Shown: one piece after another, positions 9,424 through 19,154 of the stretch
Position numbering within the stretch: the first letter of the stretch is position 1
Layout of the letters: each line of letters starts with the position of its first letter
Virus genome (UHGV): UHGV-0116607
From: a virus
Length of the DNA: 25,764 nucleotides
Strand: one strand, 5' to 3'
The notes under the pieces: generated by a model
Database searches by the model: none
What the model saw: only the letters and a program-made list of their open reading frames with translations
Told to the model about the DNA's origin: nothing
Made by a program: the position numbers and the translations under genes

Positions 9424-10455
9424 ATGGCTGCAATTACCCCCAGCTACACCATCGTCAATCCGTCGTACATCGCGCCGGAAATGATCCTCGGTTACCAGCA
9501 GGCATCAGGTGCGTTTGAAACCATCGCCAGCGGTAACCCGCAAGTCCGTCTCGGCGTAGGCGACCAGTACGTCTACATGCGCCGCCTGGATATTCGCACC
9601 CAGACCACTTCCAGCCAGTCCGGTAACGGTAACCAGCTGCCGAGCGTGGCGCTGGATGCGAAGATGATTTCAACCCCAACCTACCTGTTCCGCTGCCGTG
9701 GTATCTACGATCACCATGACATGGCGGCTGCCGGTAACTGGAACTTTGCACTGCCGGAAGCCCAGCGTCTGGGTATGCGTCAGGGCATCTTCCAGCAACT
9801 GCGCTCTGCTCTGCTGTATGGCATGAACCCTGCTGGTGGTGAAGGCCTGCTGAACACCGCTGGCGCGACTACCGAGTCCCTGCCTCCTGACAGCAACAGC
9901 AACACCACCGTGCTAACCTATGACCACGGGCAGATGGCGGTATATCTTCTGGGCCACGTGCAGGCAGCACTGACCCGCACCATGCAGCTGGGTCGCCAGC
10001 AGCGTGTTGTTATCCTGGGGCCGCAGCGCGTCCTCGGTGCCATGGAGATTCAGCAGATCGTTCAGCTGACTTCTTACCAGCGTCCTGGTGGTGGTACTGA
10101 CACCGTCGGCGGCACGGTGAAAGAAGTGCTGAAAGGCGCAAACGTCCAGGTTGACTGGGTGTATGACGATACCTTGATCGGCGCTGGTGCTGGCGGTACC
10201 GATGCGGTGGTGATCACCATCCCTGAGGTCGAAGTGCCGATGGTCAACTCTACCGTGAACACCAACGAATTCGCCAAGCTGACCCCGTCTCTTGCCGCGA
10301 ACGCGCTGATGTTTACCGACATGGCCGCGCCGCGCGAAATCCCGACGCCGATCGCTGGTGGCGCCATCGATGTTCTGTCCGAAATGCGTTCAACCGCAGG
10401 CTGGGCAGTTCGTCCGGAAGCAATCACCATCCTGTCCATGGCGTACAGCGCCTGA
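9424..10455 (+). CDS. Major capsid protein (putative)
   Basis: 343 aa; position after scaffold-like genes; followed immediately by an intrinsic terminator-like hairpin, a common arrangement after highly expressed capsid genes. Confidence 0.5.
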   Translation: MAAITPSYTIVNPSYIAPEMILGYQQASGAFETIASGNPQVRLGVGDQYVYMRRLDIRTQTTSSQSGNGNQLPSVALDAKMISTPTYLFRCRGIYDHHDMAAAGNWNFALPEAQRLGMRQGIFQQLRSALLYGMNPAGGEGLLNTAGATTESLPPDSNSNTTVLTYDHGQMAVYLLGHVQAALTRTMQLGRQQRVVILGPQRVLGAMEIQQIVQLTSYQRPGGGTDTVGGTVKEVLKGANVQVDWVYDDTLIGAGAGGTDAVVITIPEVEVPMVNSTVNTNEFAKLTPSLAANALMFTDMAAPREIPTPIAGGAIDVLSEMRSTAGWAVRPEAITILSMAYSA

Positions 10456-10475
10456 TCCATTCTTTGAAGTGGTTA

Positions 10476-10512
10476 AGCCTCTGCCGGGGAAACTCAGCAG
10501 GGGCTTTTTTAC
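10476..10512 (+). terminator. Intrinsic terminator-like hairpin after the putative major capsid gene
   Basis: AGCCTCTGC-(12 nt loop)-GCAGGGGCT (one mismatch) followed by TTTTTT at 10505-10510. Confidence 0.5.
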
Positions 10513-10523
10513 GAGGGTAACCA

Positions 10524-11006
10524 ATGAAGCTCTATATCGCTAACACCACCAAACAGCGCCAGATTTTCGCCTATCGCAAGCTCGAGACCGGCCGCCTTAT
10601 TCAGATCCCGATTAACCACGGCGATCAGATGATGGTGCTGGATGGCACAACTGAAGAGATTGAAGCGGTGGTGCAGCACCACCAGGTTTATGGTCTGGTT
10701 GACTCAACCAAAATCGACCAGAGCCAGGCGTTTGTCGGCTTGTGCTACAGCCTGAACAAGCCTGTATCAGCGTCGGTAATCGAAAAAGCAATCCGTGATA
10801 ACGATATTCACCTGACCCGTGGCGCCCACGGCCGCCGCCAGGCATCTGTAGCGGCTCTGGATAGCGCGCTGCGTGAAAGCGGTACCGGCTATTCCGGCGA
10901 GATGGAAGTCAGCGCGGAGCAGGCGAAAGGCCGAGAAGACAACGAAGACACTCCGACGGTCAACGAAACAATCGTGACTGAGCAATCCGGGAGAAAGAAA
11001 AAATGA
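10524..11006 (+). CDS. Head completion / head-tail connector protein (putative)
   Basis: 160 aa; ATG with upstream GAGGG; position between capsid and tail genes; translationally coupled to the next gene (ATGA overlap). Confidence 0.35.
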   Translation: MKLYIANTTKQRQIFAYRKLETGRLIQIPINHGDQMMVLDGTTEEIEAVVQHHQVYGLVDSTKIDQSQAFVGLCYSLNKPVSASVIEKAIRDNDIHLTRGAHGRRQASVAALDSALRESGTGYSGEMEVSAEQAKGREDNEDTPTVNETIVTEQSGRKKK

Positions 11007-11431
11007 CAACGAGCCTGTCGGGATTCATCGAATTCGTTCGAACTGACATGGGCGTTACCGCCGCGCAGGTTCCCGACGACTCGCCGTCTTTCACCCTGGC
11101 GTATGGCGGCGCGGTTGAGTGGGTAAACCCTGATATCGCGTGCGTCACGCCGAATCTGTACACCGTTGCCGTGTACAACCTGGGCGCGTCATTCCTGGTC
11201 AACTATGGCACGGAATCGGTATTCGCCGAGTTCAGGAAAGAGTATGGCCTTAACAATTTCAAGGCTGGCGTGATAACGGGGGCCGGGGATAACTCAACCA
11301 GCGCGCAGCGTCTGGTGCCTGACTTCTTCAAAGATTTGTCTCTGGCCGATCTGCAAATGTTGCAGGACCCTTGGGGACGCCGCTATCTGATGATTGCCCA
11401 GCAGTTCGGTAGTTTGTGGGGGCTGTCATGA
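11003..11431 (+). CDS. Head-tail joining protein (putative)
   Basis: 142 aa; ATGA overlap with the upstream gene; position. Confidence 0.35.
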   Translation: MTTSLSGFIEFVRTDMGVTAAQVPDDSPSFTLAYGGAVEWVNPDIACVTPNLYTVAVYNLGASFLVNYGTESVFAEFRKEYGLNNFKAGVITGAGDNSTSAQRLVPDFFKDLSLADLQMLQDPWGRRYLMIAQQFGSLWGLS

Positions 11432-11862
11432 TCACCTTTCATCTTGGTGTTATCGACCTTCCCTACGAAGATGAGAACACCACGACAGGGGATGTTGCTG
11501 AATATCTGGAAGAAAAATACCAGATTATGCAGACCTTTTTTGACAGGTACGGAAACGACATCGCCGACCTGATGAGTAAAGACCTCGCCGCAAATCTTGA
11601 AAATATGCTGGCTGGCGCGCCGCCGTTAAGGGATCCGCTTGCGGAATCCATGTCACGCGTTCACGACCTGTTCGTGGCCTTTCTGGATAACGAAGAGATG
11701 AACGGCATGTCAGGTGTGCCAACCCGACGCGCGCTGCTGGGTATATCTAAGCGCTTTAAAAATAAGAAGGGCGATCCGCGGGCATCCTTTATCGATACAG
11801 GAAACTATCAGGCGGCAATGCGCGCCTGGGTAAGCGGGGTATTAAATGCCTTCCCTGAGTGA
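11428..11862 (+). CDS. Tail completion / neck protein (putative)
   Basis: About 144 aa from ATG 11428 (ATGA overlap with upstream stop); the ORF track's GTG at 11416 is an alternative start. Confidence 0.35.
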   Translation: MITFHLGVIDLPYEDENTTTGDVAEYLEEKYQIMQTFFDRYGNDIADLMSKDLAANLENMLAGAPPLRDPLAESMSRVHDLFVAFLDNEEMNGMSGVPTRRALLGISKRFKNKKGDPRASFIDTGNYQAAMRAWVSGVLNAFPE

Positions 11863-12787
11863 ACTACAGCAGAATGCAAAAACAGAGCTTAACGCGGCTC
11901 TGACGCAGGGGCTTGACGACCTCAGTCGCTTTCAGGTGGTTACGTTTACGAAGTATATCCGTAAGGTTCTCCCGCTTGATGGCTTCGTGTTCTGGGTGAA
12001 AGCCTCCGTCCTGTCTGATAACCCGGGCAACGAACCCGACACGGTAAACGTCAAAGGCTACCTTCATCTGACGACAGAAACCATCCAGGACGATGAACAA
12101 CTCTACGACCGAAACGTCGTTACGTTTACTGCGCAGGCCGATATAGACCCATTCAACGATATTGGATCGGACGTCCTGTACATCGGCGAGTTTTTTGGCA
12201 TTCAGTTTTCTTTCTCCCGTCGAACCGGACTGAACGAACCGGCCAATCTTTATCACTACACAGGGGAGGCGATCTATCCGCATATGCGGTCGCAGATTAT
12301 CAACTCTGCGGATGATATCGACCTGAGTGACGTTGTGGTTTCCAGTTCGTTGCCTGTATGGCTTGGGCTTAGTCAGTTTATGCCAATGTTTCCGGCGATG
12401 CTTTCCACGCAGAACCTGTCGCCTCCCTTCGCGACAATACGGTGCAGCAATGTCTCTCCGATCGCCGGGGCGTTTTATATCGATGAACGCGACAACCAGT
12501 ACCAGCTGGTTTCCGAGGATGTGACGATTTCGATTACAGGCCTCAGGAATGCCGTGGTTGAGGACTTTCTGCGATACGTTCAGCAGTACACCCTGCGCGA
12601 TGATGCAGAAATGGGCGTAATGAACATCCCCGTTGTGCAGGATGAGCGCGTTACGCAGAACGAACTGAACGTTATCGCCATGCGCAAGACCATCAAATTC
12701 AAAGTCAATTATTACCAGCAGCGGATGCGCAACGTAGCCCGCGGGCTGATCCTGTCTGCAATTCCGTCCATTTATCCGGAGAAATAA
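11846..12787 (+). CDS. Structural protein of unknown function (neck / sheath-proximal)
   Basis: 313 aa; overlaps the upstream gene by 17 nt; immediately precedes the sheath gene. Confidence 0.35.
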   Translation: MPSLSELQQNAKTELNAALTQGLDDLSRFQVVTFTKYIRKVLPLDGFVFWVKASVLSDNPGNEPDTVNVKGYLHLTTETIQDDEQLYDRNVVTFTAQADIDPFNDIGSDVLYIGEFFGIQFSFSRRTGLNEPANLYHYTGEAIYPHMRSQIINSADDIDLSDVVVSSSLPVWLGLSQFMPMFPAMLSTQNLSPPFATIRCSNVSPIAGAFYIDERDNQYQLVSEDVTISITGLRNAVVEDFLRYVQQYTLRDDAEMGVMNIPVVQDERVTQNELNVIAMRKTIKFKVNYYQQRMRNVARGLILSAIPSIYPEK

Positions 12788-12791
12788 TTAA

Positions 12792-14186
12792 ATGGCAATT
12801 GTTAACATTAACGTATCGGTGACCAATCCGCCGAAGCCCTCGCAGCTGCTTAAATCCGGCGCGATGATCTCCATGGGCGGGACGACTCTGGCGGCAGGCG
12901 AATATCAGTTGCTTACGTCAAAAGACGATCTGAAAGCTATCACCGCCCCGGGGAAAACGATATCAACCATTGTCTGGGCGGCCAATCTGGTCACTGTTAC
13001 CCTCGCATCGCCTCATGGCTGGACGAATGGCAGCACCGTGCCTGTTGTGATTTCTGGCGTGGCACCTGCGGCATACAACCGCTCTGCTGAGGCGACGGTT
13101 ACCAGCGCGACGGAATTTACTTATTCGCTGAGCAGCGACCCGGGGACGGCAACCACCATGGGCGTTGTTAAGACGGTTGTTGCTGGTGAAATTATCCAGA
13201 TGAACACCACGTACTGGGCGCAGGGTGCAGCTCGCGCGGTCTATGTGCTGGAACTTGGTGACATCACCATCCCGGCAGCCGTGGCAGCTCTGAGTGATTT
13301 TATCGACAAGGATATTTCCCTCGGCAACACGTACCAGAAATTCTTTTCGTATCTGGTACCTCGTGAGTGGGATTCTGAAGCGACTTTCAAAACGCTCACG
13401 GGTCAGTACACATCCCCCGGATCGCTGGTTTATTTCTTTGTCACAAGCACGATTGCCACCTATCAGTCATGGGTGACAACAAAGAATAAAACCGTATTTG
13501 CAGGGGTCGAAGCTCCGAATATTCCAGCTACTGAATTTTCGATGGCGGCAGCGTTCCAGTCCTCGCTGTCAAATGACCCCGGTTCGTCGAACATGGTACC
13601 GCCGATGGCGTTCCGCTTCATGTATGGGGTGACTGAATACCCGGTTGAGAACAACGGTACGTTGCTGAAAACGCTCCAGGAAAACCACGTCAACTACATC
13701 GGGTCATCTGCAGAAGGCGGCCTGAGCAACAAGATGCTGGTAGCCGGCCACATGCTTGACGGTAATCCGTTTAACTACTGGTATGCAGTAGCATGGGCCG
13801 CTATTAACCTTGAACTGGACCTGGCTAACGAAGTGATCAACGGGTCTAACACCACAACCAACCCACTGTATTACGACCAGAACGGTATTGACCGCCTGCA
13901 AAACCGCGCACTGAAAACGCTGCGTAATGGAATTAGCTATGGGCTGATTCTGGGCCGCGTTATCGGTACAAAACTTATTCAGTCCGATTTCAACACCGAA
14001 TACGAGAAAGGTTCTTACGCGGGTAATGCTGTTATCAACGCAGTGCCTTTTGCTAACTATTCCAGCCTGAATCCTTCGGATTACAAGGAGGGTAAGTACA
14101 ACGGGCTAGGTGCTGTTATCACGCCGCGCCGTGGCTTCGAGTCCATCACGTTTAACCTGAACGTTACCAATTTTGTAGGGGCATAA
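12792..14186 (+). CDS. Tail sheath protein (putative) with N-terminal Ig-like insertion
   Basis: 464 aa; followed directly by a 145-aa tube-like gene, chaperone pair and tape measure (canonical contractile-tail order); carries the shared …ISGVAPAAYN…FTY… domain. Confidence 0.5.
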   Translation: MAIVNINVSVTNPPKPSQLLKSGAMISMGGTTLAAGEYQLLTSKDDLKAITAPGKTISTIVWAANLVTVTLASPHGWTNGSTVPVVISGVAPAAYNRSAEATVTSATEFTYSLSSDPGTATTMGVVKTVVAGEIIQMNTTYWAQGAARAVYVLELGDITIPAAVAALSDFIDKDISLGNTYQKFFSYLVPREWDSEATFKTLTGQYTSPGSLVYFFVTSTIATYQSWVTTKNKTVFAGVEAPNIPATEFSMAAAFQSSLSNDPGSSNMVPPMAFRFMYGVTEYPVENNGTLLKTLQENHVNYIGSSAEGGLSNKMLVAGHMLDGNPFNYWYAVAWAAINLELDLANEVINGSNTTTNPLYYDQNGIDRLQNRALKTLRNGISYGLILGRVIGTKLIQSDFNTEYEKGSYAGNAVINAVPFANYSSLNPSDYKEGKYNGLGAVITPRRGFESITFNLNVTNFVGA

Positions 14187-14187
14187 C

Positions 14188-14625
14188 ATGGCAAACCCAT
14201 TAGTACCACAAGGATTCCTCAACCGCGTCCGTGGCGCGGTTTCCATCACTGATGTTCCGGCTCTGAATGTTACTGCATCTTATCTTGGTAAAGACGGGAT
14301 CAGCATGCGTCCGGACGGTCCCGCCACGGACATTCTGCCGACCATGACCGGCACCGTTGGCAGTCAGGTACCGTATCAGCAGGTTACCTTAACCGTCCAC
14401 ATGCTGCGCACTCAGGGTCTTGCCGCAAGCTATCAACAGCGCTTTACGACGGACACAGCGCTTGGCGAGGTGGTTGTTACCCCGGACGCAACCACATTTG
14501 GCAACTTCACCCTGCTTAACTGCTACCTGGTCAACTTTAACGAGATGCCATTTAACGGTATGGATGCCGGGTACGTGGTAACCATCAGCGGCTACCTCAT
14601 CACTAACGACAACATGTGGATCTGA
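14188..14625 (+). CDS. Tail tube protein (putative)
   Basis: 145 aa; position immediately after the sheath gene; size typical of contractile-tail tube proteins. Confidence 0.5.
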   Translation: MANPLVPQGFLNRVRGAVSITDVPALNVTASYLGKDGISMRPDGPATDILPTMTGTVGSQVPYQQVTLTVHMLRTQGLAASYQQRFTTDTALGEVVVTPDATTFGNFTLLNCYLVNFNEMPFNGMDAGYVVTISGYLITNDNMWI

Positions 14626-15203
14626 CCGTGAAAATCGATAAAAAACTAAATCTGGTCTGTTCGATCAGCCGTGATGACGGTGCTCTCATTTATGTTCACA
14701 CCTCACCTTTTCCCTATGAGGTGGTGGAAGAGCATTGCCTGATGCTCGGTAGCCTGTTTACCAGTTTCATTGCTCAGGTTGGTGGTCTTGGCGCGGCCCG
14801 GGTAGCGGCAATGATGCTTCGGAAGAAAATTAAAAAGGAACAGGAGGTAACCGGGCAGGATGGCCCAAACATTGTTGATGAAATCCAGCGCCAGACAACA
14901 GTCATTTTTAATGACAACGGTCAGTGGAAATCTGTGCCGTTAGATTCTGCGATGAAACAGGGCATTATTTCCGCTGACGAGTTTCGTGAGGTGGAAGGTG
15001 AAATCGTTTTTTTTATGGTTTCCTCTGCCATTCAGAAACCGGAACTCATCAAGCCAACGGTGGGGAGCGTGCTCGGTATGTTCGGTGGTCAGTTAACGTT
15101 ATCGACCGCTACGGAGTGGCGAGGTTCTTTACTGACGTCGAAAACGGATACCGATACCCCGAACCAGACTGCCCCGCAGGAAACGTCGTTTATACCCTCC
15201 TAG
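14616..15203 (+). CDS. Tail assembly chaperone (putative, G-like)
   Basis: 195 aa; located between the tube and tape measure genes; overlapped at its 3' end by a -1 frame ORF. Confidence 0.4.
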   Translation: MDLTVKIDKKLNLVCSISRDDGALIYVHTSPFPYEVVEEHCLMLGSLFTSFIAQVGGLGAARVAAMMLRKKIKKEQEVTGQDGPNIVDEIQRQTTVIFNDNGQWKSVPLDSAMKQGIISADEFREVEGEIVFFMVSSAIQKPELIKPTVGSVLGMFGGQLTLSTATEWRGSLLTSKTDTDTPNQTAPQETSFIPS

Positions 15204-15337
15204 ACTGGGCCTCTAACGAGGGGTTCAGGGACGTTGTAAGGGAAATAGCTGGCGAGGAATACGCCAGCCCATCCCAGTTCAGGCAGCGCTTTATCCTCTC
15301 CGCCTTAAAAGAAAGGGGTCATTTCAATGGCAGCTAA
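15116..15337 (+). CDS. -1 frame ORF overlapping the chaperone 3' end (possible frameshift extension, G-T-like)
   Basis: 73-aa ORF in the -1 frame relative to 14616-15203, ending at the tape measure start; arrangement matches the conserved chaperone frameshift locus, but no canonical X XXY YYZ slippery heptamer was found in the overlap. Confidence 0.3.
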   Translation: MARFFTDVENGYRYPEPDCPAGNVVYTLLDWASNEGFRDVVREIAGEEYASPSQFRQRFILSALKERGHFNGS

Positions 15338-17153
15338 ATCCATTATTGAAGTTGATGTAAATGACGAAAAGTTCTTGTCATTTATGGAAAAATTCAACGA
15401 ATACCAGGCTGCTCTTGAAGATCTTCCCGAAGCATGGCGGGCATCTGCGCAGGGTATTGGCGACACCGCCCGCGAAACGTCAAAAGCATCCTCAGAAGCT
15501 GAGGGGGTGACAAAGGCTTTTTTGGATGGCGTTGATGCTTTGAATATGATGGTGAATAACCTCGATCGCATCAACACCAGCCTTGACGATGCCAATAAGC
15601 GTCAGAGTGACCTGAATAAGAAAACTGCTGGCTCTTCCAGCATATTTGGCAAACTTAAAAAGGACTCAAAAGAGTTCGCCGGCCATATCAAAGACGCCAC
15701 AGTCAGCCTGCTGTCATGGGGCGGTATTGTAGGGTTGTTTACTGGTGTTCTCGGCGCTGGTGGGTTGTTCGGACTGAACCGCCTAGCATCCACCGCGAGC
15801 GCCCAGCGATTCACCTCTATGGGGTTGAATACCTCGATTGGTGCCCTGGATTCAACGGCCATTAACTACCAGCGTGCAGTGTCCAACCCAACCGCGACAC
15901 TGGGTGCCATTCGTGACACTCAGGCCGATTTATCCCAGCGCTGGAAATTCCAGGCTATGGGCATCAATAACCCTGACCGCTCCCCGGACCAGTTGCTGCC
16001 GGAGATGATTCGTGCCGCCAGGAGTATTTTCACGCAAACCGGCGGCACGTTGCAGGGGGCTAACGCCTACGGGTTGACCAGCTTCTTCAGTATTGATGAC
16101 CTCAATCGCTTTAAAAATATGAGCGATGCCGAGATCGACGCTATGGAGAAACGTGCGAAGCGTGACGCTCAGTTGCTGCAGATCACTGATGAGCAGGCCC
16201 GGCAATGGCAGGATTTCAATATTCAACTCGACTACAGCAGTCAGAGCATCAAAAACACGTTCATCCGTGGACTTGGCCCGCTTACCCCTGGACTGACAAA
16301 ACTCTCTGATGCGTTGTCTGGTGCTATCGATACCGTTATTCAATCTCCAGAACTTGGAAAATGGATCGACGGGCTCGCTGGTGGTATTCAGCGATTTGGT
16401 GATTACCTGGCCTCTCCCGACTTTAAAAATGATGTCGAAAACTTCATGGTAAAAGTCGAGAAGCTTGGAAAAGTAATTGGGAAGGTTGTCGACTGGATTA
16501 TTGGTAAAACAGACACCACAGGAATTATTGATGGTGTTAAATCAGAATCGACAATTCTTAATGCAAATCCAGTGACAGACCCTAAGACAGGAAAAACGTA
16601 TACACCTGGTAGCGAGGATGACCCGCATGTTTGGGGGTGGCTAAAAGGGGTAAAGCGATTCTTTTCTGGCGGAGACATTGCTCCTGTTGATCCTCTGCCA
16701 GCTAATGTCAACGCTAAAGGTCGCACGATTGCCGATCGGTTCAACAACCCCGGAAATCTGAGGTGGGCGGAAGGCTACGAGACTAGCAACACCAAAAGTG
16801 GGAAGTTCGCCGTATTTCCAACACTTGATGAAGGCGTTCTGGCGGCAACAAAGCAACTCCAGATATACGGCCAGCGCGGGACAAACACTGTAAGGGACAT
16901 CGTCAGTAAATGGGCTCCATCAAATGAAAACAACACGGAGGAGTATATCCGGCACGTTGTTCGCTCGACCAAATTTAATGAGAACGAAAAACTCAATCTG
17001 AACGATCCCTATGTGCTGGCGAAGTTAATTTCTGCAATAGCCTCAAAAGAAGGGGCAGGAAGCCGAGTTACAGAGGACCGGGTTATTCAGATTTACAACA
17101 ACACGGGGGGTAACGCGATTGTTACCGGATCACAGTTGGGGGCTATGGGATAA
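15327..17153 (+). CDS. Tail tape measure protein with C-terminal globular domain
   Basis: 608 aa; helical, Ala/Leu-rich N-terminal half; Gly-rich hydrophobic segment LSWGGIVGLFTGVLGAGGLFGLN; position after the chaperone pair; C-terminal about 170 aa (…FNNPGNLRWAEGYETSNTKSGKFAVFP…) looks like a separate folded domain. Confidence 0.6.
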   Translation: MAAKSIIEVDVNDEKFLSFMEKFNEYQAALEDLPEAWRASAQGIGDTARETSKASSEAEGVTKAFLDGVDALNMMVNNLDRINTSLDDANKRQSDLNKKTAGSSSIFGKLKKDSKEFAGHIKDATVSLLSWGGIVGLFTGVLGAGGLFGLNRLASTASAQRFTSMGLNTSIGALDSTAINYQRAVSNPTATLGAIRDTQADLSQRWKFQAMGINNPDRSPDQLLPEMIRAARSIFTQTGGTLQGANAYGLTSFFSIDDLNRFKNMSDAEIDAMEKRAKRDAQLLQITDEQARQWQDFNIQLDYSSQSIKNTFIRGLGPLTPGLTKLSDALSGAIDTVIQSPELGKWIDGLAGGIQRFGDYLASPDFKNDVENFMVKVEKLGKVIGKVVDWIIGKTDTTGIIDGVKSESTILNANPVTDPKTGKTYTPGSEDDPHVWGWLKGVKRFFSGGDIAPVDPLPANVNAKGRTIADRFNNPGNLRWAEGYETSNTKSGKFAVFPTLDEGVLAATKQLQIYGQRGTNTVRDIVSKWAPSNENNTEEYIRHVVRSTKFNENEKLNLNDPYVLAKLISAIASKEGAGSRVTEDRVIQIYNNTGGNAIVTGSQLGAMG

Positions 17154-17863
17154 TGGGGTTCACTCGTGAGATGTACAAGCTGGGGTTTGAAATATCCCCG
17201 GTTATCCTTTGTGACGGCATTGCCCAGGCAATACCAGGTGGCATGCTTCCGATCGTTGCCCTGACCCAAAGCGCCAGTTTTGTAACTGGTCTTTTGGGTG
17301 GCGCAATTAACCTCACCGATCTGGATAAATATTTTTGCCACTGGAAACCAGTTCAGGGCTCAACGCTTATTGATTACGACATTGCCCGCTACCCTTTTGC
17401 TAACCAGGTCGTGGCCGCCAATGCGTTACTGGCTCAACCTTTGCGCGTATCCCTGATTATGGAAGCGCCGGTGAATGAGAATACCGGAGCAATGACTAAG
17501 TTAGTAACGATCAGCGCACTACAGTCAGTTCTCCAGGCCCATGCCAGTCTCGGTGGAACATTCATCGTTGCCACACCGTCAGTTATCTATAACCGATGCA
17601 TATTGCGCACCGTGAAGGACATCACAGGCGGCAACGATGCGTTACCGCAACGGACGTGGATGTGGGACTTCGAACAGCCGCTGATTACCTTAACTGGTGC
17701 GGAGAAGGCAGTTAATAACTTCCTGAATAAGATTGGCGCTGGAGACGTGGTAACCGAGCCAGCATGGACAAACACGGTCAATGCTCTGGGCAACACCTCT
17801 CTTGGTGGTTCTGTTTCAGAGGCTATAACGGGCCTTCTTGGCAAACTTGGAATAGGCGCATGA
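17153..17863 (+). CDS. Baseplate/tail protein of unknown function
   Basis: 236 aa; start overlaps the tape measure stop (TAATG); position. Confidence 0.4.
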   Translation: MGFTREMYKLGFEISPVILCDGIAQAIPGGMLPIVALTQSASFVTGLLGGAINLTDLDKYFCHWKPVQGSTLIDYDIARYPFANQVVAANALLAQPLRVSLIMEAPVNENTGAMTKLVTISALQSVLQAHASLGGTFIVATPSVIYNRCILRTVKDITGGNDALPQRTWMWDFEQPLITLTGAEKAVNNFLNKIGAGDVVTEPAWTNTVNALGNTSLGGSVSEAITGLLGKLGIGA

Positions 17864-18135
17864 CAACTCAATATTTCCCATTCTCAGGTAATGAGCGTCA
17901 AAGCATAGCTTTTACGCCTGTTCTTGATGGTGCAGTTTATAACTGCCAGATTAAATGGAATATTGCCGCTCAGCGCTGGTATTTGTTTATTACTGATAAT
18001 TCAGAAAATGCAATTATTAACACAGCCTTGGTCGGATCGCCTGCCGCTGGTGGTATTAATCTCATCTCTGGTGTATTCAGATTCACAACTATGTACTGGC
18101 GGGAAAAGAACGGGCAAATTGAGGTAATAAGTTAA
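17860..18135 (+). CDS. Small baseplate-associated protein (hypothetical)
   Basis: 91 aa from ATG 17860 (ATGA overlap); AT-rich; the ORF track's 17764 start would overlap the upstream gene. Confidence 0.35.
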   Translation: MTTQYFPFSGNERQSIAFTPVLDGAVYNCQIKWNIAAQRWYLFITDNSENAIINTALVGSPAAGGINLISGVFRFTTMYWREKNGQIEVIS

Positions 18136-19154
18136 TGCGTTATTACGATATACAGATTTTCGATCCGTCAAAAGACGGAAAATCTGATGTGTTATTGAAG
18201 CAATATAGCAGCCACAAAAATGGAGCTTATAATCCCGGCGCATTAATGATTGAGTTTGACATTCTCAGGTTTGGTGAATCAACCCCACAGGGTGAAACGC
18301 ACCTGACTATATGGGGTATTGGACCGAAAGAAATGCAGCAGGCCAGACAGGACCTTTTCGGTAAAAGAATAAAAATCTTTCTCGGTATGAAGCAAGGTCT
18401 ACCACTAGCTGGGAACTTCAAAGCGCCAGGACTGGTGCTTGATGGTACGATTAATCAGGTTTTTGGTAACTGGCAGGGTACGGATTTAAGGCTGGATTTT
18501 GTGATTGTAACTGGTCCAGTAACGTTAAACCCTGATGAGAAACCAGCACCACTGCCGTTAACGTTTGACTGGAAAGTTGGGCAAAAATTATCTGTCGCCT
18601 TAACTAACTGCTTCCAGTTGATAGGCGGTTATACATTTAATATTAATATTAGTGATCGGCTGGTTCTTAATCATTACAGAGGGCTGTTTTGTCGCGATAT
18701 AGTTTCTCTGGCAAAGGACCTTAATGCCTTTTCTCGCTCATGGATTAAGGACTCAGGTTACACTGGTGTTGAAATGGCCATAGTTAACGGCAATCAAATT
18801 CGAGTCTGGGATAATGATGTCAATTACCATCCTGAAGGTTCAGAAGTTACAAGTATAACCGAGTTGAATTTTACTGATTTAATCGGTCAGCCGACATGGG
18901 TAGCCTTTAAAACCATTAGCCTGATGTGTGTTATGCGCAGTGATATTCAGGTTGGTGACCATATAAGCATGCCTAAAAAAACCGCCCCAGTAATAAGAGC
19001 CTCTTCATATTCTCAGTATCGGGATGATTCCGCTTTTACAGGTGAGTTTGTTGTTAGTTCAGTGCGTCTTATTGGTAATAGTCGGCAGCCAACTGCCGAT
19101 GCATGGGTAACAATTATTGAGGCATATCCATTTGTTAAGGCTGGTGGTAAATGA
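18135..19154 (+). CDS. Baseplate hub-like protein (hypothetical)
   Basis: 339 aa; TAATG overlap with the upstream gene; AT-rich relative to neighbours; located just upstream of the spike gene. Confidence 0.35.
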   Translation: MRYYDIQIFDPSKDGKSDVLLKQYSSHKNGAYNPGALMIEFDILRFGESTPQGETHLTIWGIGPKEMQQARQDLFGKRIKIFLGMKQGLPLAGNFKAPGLVLDGTINQVFGNWQGTDLRLDFVIVTGPVTLNPDEKPAPLPLTFDWKVGQKLSVALTNCFQLIGGYTFNINISDRLVLNHYRGLFCRDIVSLAKDLNAFSRSWIKDSGYTGVEMAIVNGNQIRVWDNDVNYHPEGSEVTSITELNFTDLIGQPTWVAFKTISLMCVMRSDIQVGDHISMPKKTAPVIRASSYSQYRDDSAFTGEFVVSSVRLIGNSRQPTADAWVTIIEAYPFVKAGGK

